NCBI GenBank assembly: GCA_037190965.1
Contig: JBBCKI010000006.1
Location: 1-26,953, forward strand
Direction: 5' to 3'
Source of the DNA: Chthoniobacteraceae bacterium
GTDB lineage: Bacteria > Verrucomicrobiota > Verrucomicrobiia > Chthoniobacterales > Chthoniobacteraceae
Length of the DNA: 26,953 nt
The notes under the pieces are model-generated. The model was not told the origin of the DNA, ran no database searches, and was given only the letters and a program-made list of their open reading frames with translations. Positions 6,689-13,998 of the stretch are shown piece after piece. Positions within the stretch are counted from its first letter, which is position 1. Every line of letters begins with the position of its first letter. Both the position numbers and the translations under genes were made by a program.

Positions 6689-9205
6689 CTATTTTACCGG
6701 TTTGTCCGAGGCGCACCGGAAACCGACATAGGGAAGGAAGGTTTCCGCATAGATGTTCGGCTCGGTCACCCGATTGGTAAGGGAGACTTTGGGATTGCGG
6801 AAGTTGCCGCCACGGATGACGGGGGTTTTGCCGCTTTCGTCAGTGGTCCACTCCGAGACGTTGCCCGCCATGCCGATGACGCCGTAGGGGCTGCTGTCCC
6901 CCGAGATCGCGTCCACGGGGTTCCACCAGAAATAACCGTCCACCTTGCCTTCGGAGGCGGGGCCGGGCTTTTCAACATAGTCCGCCCCGTAGTTGACCTT
7001 TTTGCCCTTGGGATCGAACTCGTTGCCCCATGGATAGGACTGCCCCTTGAGGCCGCGCGCCGCCTTCTCCCACTCCTGCTCGGTGGGAAGACGCTTGTTG
7101 GCCCAGCGGGCATAAGCATAGGCATCCCAGTAATCGACGTCGAAGATTGGGCAGTTCAGGTCGATCGGCACGAAACGCGCCGGTTTTCCCGCCCGGGCGC
7201 GGCCATAATAGATATCCCAGTTCATCTTGTTCCCGCCCGGAATATGCGACTTGCCTTTGGGCTGGTTGGGGTGATCGAACTCGGTGGTCGGGTTGGCCTC
7301 CAGGAAATCCAGGAAGCGGGCATACTGCCCGATGGTGACTTCGTGTTTGTCGATGTAGAACTCGCCGGTCGTGGCAGTCTTGCCATCCTGGTAAATGAAT
7401 TCTCCGGCGGGGATCCGCACCATCTGGTCGAGCGACCGCTCGTTGCTATGGAAGAACTTCCACCAGATCAGAAACGACGCCAGCCAGAGGAGAGCGAAGA
7501 GGCCGACGCTCGTCAGGATCAGCGTCCGCTTCTGTTGTTTTTTGGCTTCTTCCACGGCGCGGATGGCGGCCTGTTCCTGCGCGGTCAGTTTGATCGCGTC
7601 GGCGGGGATCACTTTCGGCTCAAGGGCCTTGACCGCTTGCTGGAGCGCGCTCCAGGAAAGGAAACCGCTGGGCCCGTCGGTGGCCATCCGGGTCAGCAAC
7701 GACTGGAGGCCGGGGTCTCCCGCAAGGCCATTGGGCAACAGGGCGGTGATGGTTTGGGCAAGCTCGACAATGTCTTTCTGAATCTCGGGCTGTTCCTCCC
7801 CGGGGAGGACGGCGATATTGGAAAGATGCGGGCGGTTGTCCTTGCCGAGATAGATCCGGTTGGCCTGCAACGCGGAGTGCAGGATTTTGTGGTGGTGCAG
7901 GTAGGAGCAGCCTTCGGCCACGATTTTGATGATGCCGAGCGCGAGCGGATCAGTGAGGGTCCGGCCCTGTTCCCTGGCTTCGGCCAGGTGCATCCCGTCC
8001 ACATACTCGTAGGTGTAGTAGGTGTGGCCGCTGGCCTCCCCGGCTTCGTAGACCGAAAGGATGGAAGGATGCTTTACGGCAGCCTTGGCGCGGGCTGTGG
8101 CGATGAAACGGTCCTTTGAGGTTGGGTCCTTGCGTTGCATCTCCTCGGCCAGCACTTTCATGGCGACAGGGCGCGCCATGGAGGTCTGGACGGCGACGTA
8201 AATGGGGCCCCATTCGTCTTCGCCGATCTTCCAAACAATATTGTAGTTGCCGACGCGCTTGTTCAGCAGGTCGTCACTGCCGAAGACTTCGTCCTCGAGC
8301 GCATTGGCAGGCACCGCCACAGGAGCTGCGGCGGTGGGAGTGGCCGTGGGCGCTTTGACGGCGGCAACCGCCGTGGGCGCTGAGGGCCGGGCCGTAGGGG
8401 CGACAGGGGTAGCGACAGGTCTCGGTCCGGCGACCGGCTGAGCGACCGGCTGAGCGACCGGCTGAGCAACTGGCTGAGCGACCGGCTGAGCGACCGGCTG
8501 AGCAACTGGCTGTGCGACCGGCTGTGCGACCGGCTGTGCGACCGGCTGTGCGACCGGCTGTGCGACCGGCTGTGCGACCGGCTGTGCGACCGGCTGTGCG
8601 ACCGGCTGTGCGACTGGCTGTGCGACCGGCTGTGCGACCGGTCGAGCGACTGGCTGTGCGGTGGGCGATGAAGGAACCGCCACCGGCTTCGCAGTCGGCG
8701 TTGCAACTGCCTTTGGCGCGGCGGTTGGTCGGGCGACGGCAGGCACGATGCGCTGGGTGACCGCGGAAGCGGTCGGCTGGGTCGATTCTGCAACCGGCAC
8801 TGCCTTCGGCGTGAGAACGGCGCGAGGGCGCGCAACCGACTGTGGTTTCGGCACCAGCGGTTCAATCTTTGCGACGGCTTCGAGCAGCGTTTCAGCGGCG
8901 ATCGGCTTGGTAAGCACGTCGCATCCATAGGTATGCGCCGCGTACTCGCTCAGGTCATAGCCCGAAATGAAGATGGTCTTCATCGCCGGGTAGATCTCCT
9001 GCAACTGCTGACGCAGGGTGAACCCGTCGGTCGGCTCCATCACGACGTCGGTGATCAGGAGGTCGACTCCGCCTGCGGATTCCGCGTTTTCAATGGCCAG
9101 CGGGCCGTTGGTCCCGATGGTCGTCTGGTAAACCGGGTTCTGCTTGAGAATGGCGAGCAGCACCTGGAGCACGGCGGGATCGTCGTCGACGAGAAGGATT
9201 TTCAT
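6689..9205 (-). CDS. Multidomain membrane protein: response-regulator receiver, Pro/Ala/Val linker, degenerate Ser/Thr kinase domain, TM helix, FGE-sulfatase (SUMF1) fold domain
   Basis: REC: KILLVDDD, DLLITDVVM, FISGY, LTKP. Kinase N-lobe: RPVAMKVL, RFIATA, HPSILSVYEAG, YEYVDG. TM: LILTSVGLFALLWLASFLIWW. FGE fold: FYIDKHEVT, RLPTEQEWEKAARG, YPWG, SPYGVIGMAGNVSEW, RGG and VGFRCA. Confidence 0.92.
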   Translation of the reverse strand: MKILLVDDDPAVLQVLLAILKQNPVYQTTIGTNGPLAIENAESAGGVDLLITDVVMEPTDGFTLRQQLQEIYPAMKTIFISGYDLSEYAAHTYGCDVLTKPIAAETLLEAVAKIEPLVPKPQSVARPRAVLTPKAVPVAESTQPTASAVTQRIVPAVARPTAAPKAVATPTAKPVAVPSSPTAQPVARPVAQPVAQPVAQPVAQPVAQPVAQPVAQPVAQPVAQPVAQPVAQPVAQPVAQPVAQPVAQPVAQPVAQPVAGPRPVATPVAPTARPSAPTAVAAVKAPTATPTAAAPVAVPANALEDEVFGSDDLLNKRVGNYNIVWKIGEDEWGPIYVAVQTSMARPVAMKVLAEEMQRKDPTSKDRFIATARAKAAVKHPSILSVYEAGEASGHTYYTYEYVDGMHLAEAREQGRTLTDPLALGIIKIVAEGCSYLHHHKILHSALQANRIYLGKDNRPHLSNIAVLPGEEQPEIQKDIVELAQTITALLPNGLAGDPGLQSLLTRMATDGPSGFLSWSALQQAVKALEPKVIPADAIKLTAQEQAAIRAVEEAKKQQKRTLILTSVGLFALLWLASFLIWWKFFHSNERSLDQMVRIPAGEFIYQDGKTATTGEFYIDKHEVTIGQYARFLDFLEANPTTEFDHPNQPKGKSHIPGGNKMNWDIYYGRARAGKPARFVPIDLNCPIFDVDYWDAYAYARWANKRLPTEQEWEKAARGLKGQSYPWGNEFDPKGKKVNYGADYVEKPGPASEGKVDGYFWWNPVDAISGDSSPYGVIGMAGNVSEWTTDESGKTPVIRGGNFRNPKVSLTNRVTEPNIYAETFLPYVGFRCASDKPVK
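8429..8656. repeat. Intragenic 12-bp tandem repeat (VNTR), 19 units, encoding (QPVA)n
   Basis: Unit (A/T)GCGACCGGCTG on the + strand. Eight consecutive identical TGCGACCGGCTG units at 8513-8608 and a duplicated 36-bp higher-order block at 8441-8512. Confidence 0.97.
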
Positions 9206-10476
9206 TGCGGTAAGTCGGAAGTTTGCAGCGTCGCGGGCGGGGGGAACTGGGTAAGGAGTTTTTCCGGCTCCGCATGAGTGGCGTTTAAATCACCCTTATA
9301 ATAAACGCGCACCACATAGCCAAAGTAATTTCGGCGTTCCGGCGCACGTCGTGCCTTGCCCCGGGTTTTAGGCGCCGGGGTCGGCGCCTGTTCCGATTGG
9401 GAGTAGGCCACCTCCAGCACCTCCGGCTCGGGGCTCGTCCAATCGACGCTGGCTTCTCCCCCGTCAACTGCCATCCGCCGCACCCATGAGGAACTGACAT
9501 TGGCGTTGGTTTCCACCACGCTCCCGTCCTTCAATTCGTCATAGAAATAGACCTGGATGACGACCTCATGCACGTCGATCTTCTTGCCTGCCTTCGCCTG
9601 GATGGGGATGCGTACTTTCAGATGGCGCTGTGGCTGGCTGTTGCCGGTATCGTCCGTGGTGCCAACTTTTCCCAGCGAAAGCACTTTTTCCTGCGTTTCC
9701 TCTCCCGGCATCAACCACGCCTCGGCGGCAGGATCCGCCACGTAGGCAGTGTTCTCCGCGGGACGTTCCGGAGTGCGTAGTTTGGCTTCGGCGGCGGCGT
9801 AATAAATCCCGGCCTGTTCCCCGATGGCGTAGATGCGGCGCCACTGTTCGGCGGCTTTCTCGCCGAGGCCCATTTTTTCGTAGGTCATCGCCATTTCGGA
9901 GATGATCTGCGGGTTTTCCGGGGAAATGGCCTGGGCTTCCCGGAGCCGGGTGAGCGCGGTGCTTGTGTCGCCCCGGTCACGGAGGGTTCGGGCGAGATTG
10001 ACGAGGCCGCTGATCCGCGCCTCTATGAGATTCTCGCGCCGCACCGGCACCGGGGTTGGCTTGGGCAGGCTGGCGATCAACTGTTTTTCTGCCTGGCTGG
10101 CAAGAAGCTGCTTTTCCGCCTCGGCGGCCATCTCTTCCTCCCGGGAGGGACCGGCGGGTTCGGCGGTCGGCGTGCTCGCTGCTGCGGTCGCCTCCATGGG
10201 AGCCGGCTGCGCCGGGGCTTCGGTTTTTGCCAAGGCGGTTGCTTCCGGAGCGGGAGCCGCAGGGGCCTGGGCCTCCGGAGTGGGAACCGCCGGGGCCGTT
10301 GGGACCTCTTGAACGGTCATGGCCTGAGGCGGGGCCTGCGCTTCATCGGCCGAGGGGTGAAAGAGCTGCCAAACCAAGGCCGCGATTTGCAGGGACGCAG
10401 CAAGGCCGAGCAGGGACATTGCGACAAGAAACGTCCTGCCCACAGACTGCCGGGTCATTGGGGGAGCAGCTTGCAT
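9202..10476 (-). CDS. Membrane-anchored hypothetical protein with Pro/Ala linker, TPR-like helices and a beta-rich C-terminal domain
   Basis: N-terminal hydrophobic helix FLVAMSLLGLAASLQIAALVWQLF and TPR-like GDTSTALTRLREAQAISPENPQIISEMAMTYEKMGLGEKAAEQWRRI. Its stop overlaps the next start codon (ATGA at 9202-9205). Confidence 0.85.
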   Translation of the reverse strand: MQAAPPMTRQSVGRTFLVAMSLLGLAASLQIAALVWQLFHPSADEAQAPPQAMTVQEVPTAPAVPTPEAQAPAAPAPEATALAKTEAPAQPAPMEATAAASTPTAEPAGPSREEEMAAEAEKQLLASQAEKQLIASLPKPTPVPVRRENLIEARISGLVNLARTLRDRGDTSTALTRLREAQAISPENPQIISEMAMTYEKMGLGEKAAEQWRRIYAIGEQAGIYYAAAEAKLRTPERPAENTAYVADPAAEAWLMPGEETQEKVLSLGKVGTTDDTGNSQPQRHLKVRIPIQAKAGKKIDVHEVVIQVYFYDELKDGSVVETNANVSSSWVRRMAVDGGEASVDWTSPEPEVLEVAYSQSEQAPTPAPKTRGKARRAPERRNYFGYVVRVYYKGDLNATHAEPEKLLTQFPPPATLQTSDLPQ

Positions 10477-10493
10477 TGGCGAGAGAATCGTAG

Positions 10494-10522
10494 ACGTTAG
10501 GTGCGGCTCTCGCGGCTGTCAA
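10494..10522 (-). promoter_or_regulatory. Sigma70-type promoter upstream of the TPR-like gene
   Basis: Minus strand TTGACA-17 nt-TAACGT, ending 17 nt before the ATG at 10476. Confidence 0.65.
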
Positions 10523-10571
10523 CGGGAGGAATCGGGGAAACCCGGAGAGCCAAACCTTTCCGGTCTTTCCC

Positions 10572-12185
10572 TCAGCCTTTGGGCACAATTTCGCAGAGCA
10601 CCCGGAAGCCGACGTCGTTCGCGGAGTAGTTCGGGGTGTTGAAGCTCCTCGCGGTGGTCCTCAGGCTGCCGATGCGCGATTTCCAGCTCCCGCCCCGATA
10701 GATCCGCTTTGGACCATCGGTGGGTCCGCGCGGGTTTGTCCGTTCCTTGCCGGGGTAGGGGATCATGCCATCGAGGCACCATTCCCAAACATTCCCGGCC
10801 ATGTCCTCAATGCCGAAAGGGCTGACTCCCTTCGGATAGCTTCCGACGGGCGAAGTCTCCGCAAAACCGTCGTCCACGCTCTGGTCGGCCCAGGGGAAGC
10901 GGGTGTTGGCATCGGCGAAGTTGGCGAGATCGCCGCTTTGCAGCGTCTGGCCCCAGGGGAAAATGCGCCCGTCCGTGCCCCGCGCGGCATACTCCCACTC
11001 GGCTTCGCTGGGGAGCCTGTAGCGACGGCGTTCGCGTGTTCCCAACCAGTCGCAGAACCGGGCGGCTTCTTGCGCTGAGACGTAAATGACCGGGTGCTGA
11101 TCGTCCGCCCACGGAGCGCGTTTGGCGCGGTGCGACGGGTCGAACTGTTCATACTGCGCGTTGGTCACCGGCAAGCGGGACAGATGAAACGCGGAGAGAT
11201 TGGTTTTAGTGACCGGTTGCTCATTCGGCGTCGCGTCAGGTTCGGCGCTCCCCATCAGGAAGGAGCCGGAGGTCACGAGCATCATCGACATCCCGAGGCT
11301 GTTGGTGAAGCCGGGATAATTTTCCCGCTCCTGCGAGCGGATCAGCGGGGAGTTGCTGAAAATCGAGACCTTGGGAGCGGCGGGCCGTACCGGCGCGACC
11401 GGCTTTGGCGGCGCTTTTGCCGACACCTGGTGGACGGAGGCGCTCGCGATCATCCGTTCTTCCAGATATTCGTCGATAATATCCTCGGCATCGCCACCGG
11501 AGAGGCCGATTGCTTCGCCCATGTTGCAAAAGGCATCGCGCTGGTCGTCGGTGATCTCGTCGATCCCTGAAAGGCGGAGCATCCGCAGAAATTCCTCGCG
11601 GGGATTCTGGGGTGAAAATCCCCCCGCTGCAACAGGCGCGGCGGCGGCTGGGGCCGGCGCGACCGGTGGCGGCTGGGGGACAAACTTCGGGAGCCGCCGC
11701 GCGCCGGATTTCTGGAGACCCGCCTCGATGATCTCCTCCATTTCGCTCTGCTGAAGCCCCAGGTTTTTCCCGGTCACATAGAGGCTCTCCTCCTCCTCTG
11801 CGGTCAGCGCGCCGCTGGTAAGGGCAAACGAGAGAAATTTCTGGAACTCCGCCAGGGCGTTCTCCTTGGCCTTGGCGACCAGCCCGGCATCGATCTGCGC
11901 CCGCTTTGATTCGTCGAGAAGGAGGGTTCGCGCTTCCGCAAGCCGGGCAGGAGCCTCATCAAGCCCGAGCCTGAGGATTTGCGCCATCGGATTGCTCGGC
12001 TGGTTTTTGAGGGGCAGCTTTTTCTGCCACCACATCAAAAGCTGGCGGCAATTATCCTCGATCTGGCCGGAGTGCGGGTGGCTGTCGAAATCAAGGCACA
12101 ACCGTTCGTAGGGGTTGGGGGAATTGAAATTCTTCCACCCGTCCCACTTGAGAGGGTTGTCGGGAACCGGCGTCGGGAGACCCAT
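10572..12185 (-). CDS. Soluble protein: degenerate J-domain-like N-terminus, two helical repeats and a C-terminal FGE-sulfatase (SUMF1) fold domain
   Basis: FGE fold: FTNSLGM, GSFLMGS, PVTNAQY, HPVIYVS, YRLPSEAEWEYAARG, FPWG, DMAGNVWEW, RGGSW and VGFRV. The N-terminal NPYERLCL...EARTLLLDESKRAQID resembles J-domain helices I and IV (inference). Confidence 0.88.
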   Translation of the reverse strand: MGLPTPVPDNPLKWDGWKNFNSPNPYERLCLDFDSHPHSGQIEDNCRQLLMWWQKKLPLKNQPSNPMAQILRLGLDEAPARLAEARTLLLDESKRAQIDAGLVAKAKENALAEFQKFLSFALTSGALTAEEEESLYVTGKNLGLQQSEMEEIIEAGLQKSGARRLPKFVPQPPPVAPAPAAAAPVAAGGFSPQNPREEFLRMLRLSGIDEITDDQRDAFCNMGEAIGLSGGDAEDIIDEYLEERMIASASVHQVSAKAPPKPVAPVRPAAPKVSIFSNSPLIRSQERENYPGFTNSLGMSMMLVTSGSFLMGSAEPDATPNEQPVTKTNLSAFHLSRLPVTNAQYEQFDPSHRAKRAPWADDQHPVIYVSAQEAARFCDWLGTRERRRYRLPSEAEWEYAARGTDGRIFPWGQTLQSGDLANFADANTRFPWADQSVDDGFAETSPVGSYPKGVSPFGIEDMAGNVWEWCLDGMIPYPGKERTNPRGPTDGPKRIYRGGSWKSRIGSLRTTARSFNTPNYSANDVGFRVLCEIVPKG

Positions 12186-12217
12186 TGTGGCGTTCGATCT
12201 TTCTGCGGATCGCGTGA

Positions 12218-13852
12218 TTATTCAACGCTGATCCGCATCAAATCCGCCGTTGCCGTTTCCATCTCCGCTTCGGTCAGGCCGATGTTGCGGGCAATCTTGA
12301 CGCGGTTCTGGTTGCCGTAAGCGTCCACCGTGACTTCCAGCACCTGGTTTTGGTCGTATCGATACGTCAGCTGCACCGGAGAACCTTTCGGCAGGAACGG
12401 CGGCAGTTCCACGTCGCAAAGCCCCAGCGGGGTGCATTCCGAAGGCACCGTGCTTTCGCCTTCCACCACGCGCACGATGACGTTCTTCATGTTCGCCTTC
12501 GCGGTGCCGAAGGAGTTCTGGATCTCGGCGGGGATGGTGGTCGACTTCTTGATCATCGGGAAGACGTACTCTTCCATCTGGTCGTCGTCCCAGAGAACCA
12601 CCCCCAGGGTGTGCGTGGTGATGTTGGTCACACGCACGAGCGCGCCGTCGGAGCCGGTCAGCTTGCCGCGCGTCTCTTCGGAGATGAGGCGTTCGCCGCC
12701 TTCGTCCTCTTTCCCCAGCAGCACGAGCGTCGCCTGGAGCGCGGCACCCACGGCCACGGCTTCATCCGGGCTGACATCTTCGGCAATGGGCCGCCCGCTG
12801 ATCTGGCGGAGCATCTCGCGCACGGAGGGCATCCGCGTCATCCCGCCGGTGAGCAGGATGCGGTCGATCTGGTTCCACTGGAGGCACGATTCCGCGAGCG
12901 CGATTTCGCAGATCGCCTTGGTGCGCTCGATCAGGTGCTGGGTGCGCCGTTCAAATTCGTCGCGGGTCAGCTCAATCTTGAGGCTATGCCCGGCGTAGCT
13001 GTGGACCAGAGTGGTCGAGTTCCGGCTGGAAAGCTGAATCTTTGCGGTCAGCGCGCGGTTGTAGAGATCCTGGTAGCTGTGGAGATCGAGGAGCGGGTTG
13101 TCTCCGAACTGGCGGTCGAACTCTTCGCTCACCCAATTGACGATGACATCATCCCAATCCTTGCCGCCCAGCTTGTGGTCGCCGCTGCTGCCGAGCATCT
13201 GGATGTGGTGATCGGCAATCCGCATGATGGTGACGTCGAACGTGCCGCCCCCGAGGTCGAAGACAAAGACGGTCTCGTTGCCGTCGTGCCGGTCGATCCC
13301 GTAGGCAAGGGCTGCCGCCGTCGGTTCGTTGAGAATCTGCAGGACGTTGAACCCAGCGAGTTGCCCCGCGTGCATCGTCGCGGTCCGCTCCACATCGCTG
13401 AAATAAGCGGGTACCGTGATGACGACGTCGGAGATCGCACAACCGAGGAACTTCTCGCCGTCTTTCTTGAGCTTGCGCAGAATCAGGGCGGAAAGCTCCT
13501 CCGCCGACCAGGCCTTGCCCGAAAAATCGCGGTGATAGTCCGCCTTGCTCTTGCCGATCTCGCGCTTGATGAAATCGACGATCTTCTCCGGCTCCGCCAC
13601 CGCGTTCTGCTTGGCGGCGCTGCCGACGACGGCGGTGCTGCCGTCAAAGAGAATCACCGCCGGGGTGATCCGCTCGCTTTCGGCGTTGGGGATGATCTGC
13701 GGCTTTCCGTTTTCCTCCACATGCGCCATCGCGCAAAATGTCGTCCCGAGATCAATACCCACCGCCTTTCTTTTGCCCGGGAGAGAGCCTGCGATGCCGG
13801 AGGGCGTTGCCAGGGACTCTTCGGAGAGAGGTTCTGAGGGCTTTTTTCTCAT
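12218..13852 (-). CDS. Hsp70 family protein (non-canonical DnaK paralogue, C-terminal lid absent)
   Basis: GIDLGTT, TVPAYF, NEPTAAALAYG, DLGGGTFDVT, LGGKDWD, GGMTRMP and PDEAVAVGAALQA. ATG at 13852 preferred over TTG at 13918. Confidence 0.95.
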   Translation of the reverse strand: MRKKPSEPLSEESLATPSGIAGSLPGKRKAVGIDLGTTFCAMAHVEENGKPQIIPNAESERITPAVILFDGSTAVVGSAAKQNAVAEPEKIVDFIKREIGKSKADYHRDFSGKAWSAEELSALILRKLKKDGEKFLGCAISDVVITVPAYFSDVERTATMHAGQLAGFNVLQILNEPTAAALAYGIDRHDGNETVFVFDLGGGTFDVTIMRIADHHIQMLGSSGDHKLGGKDWDDVIVNWVSEEFDRQFGDNPLLDLHSYQDLYNRALTAKIQLSSRNSTTLVHSYAGHSLKIELTRDEFERRTQHLIERTKAICEIALAESCLQWNQIDRILLTGGMTRMPSVREMLRQISGRPIAEDVSPDEAVAVGAALQATLVLLGKEDEGGERLISEETRGKLTGSDGALVRVTNITTHTLGVVLWDDDQMEEYVFPMIKKSTTIPAEIQNSFGTAKANMKNVIVRVVEGESTVPSECTPLGLCDVELPPFLPKGSPVQLTYRYDQNQVLEVTVDAYGNQNRVKIARNIGLTEAEMETATADLMRISVE

Positions 13853-13998
13853 AGTGAGGGGGGAAAACAGGGGTTGGGAAACTGCTGCCGATGTTATACT
13901 ATCAGGCTGCAGGAACAATTTTTTTCAGAGAGCCTTTGGAAAATATCTTGCCGTCAAACGACGGATAAACCTTCGGATTCGGAATTCATAAATTCATA

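Noticed and set aside
8429..8656. Possible CRISPR array
   Set aside because: Contiguous 12-bp units with no unique spacers, in frame within a CDS, and no cas genes.
6689..12185. Diversity-generating retroelement targeting the FGE/CLec domains
   Set aside because: No reverse transcriptase or avd gene in the window, and I saw no template repeat differing only at adenines. A remote DGR cannot be excluded.
12218..13852. Calling the Hsp70 dnaK, hscA or hscC
   Set aside because: No lid, divergent linker, and no grpE/dnaJ or isc context. Orthology cannot be assigned by eye.
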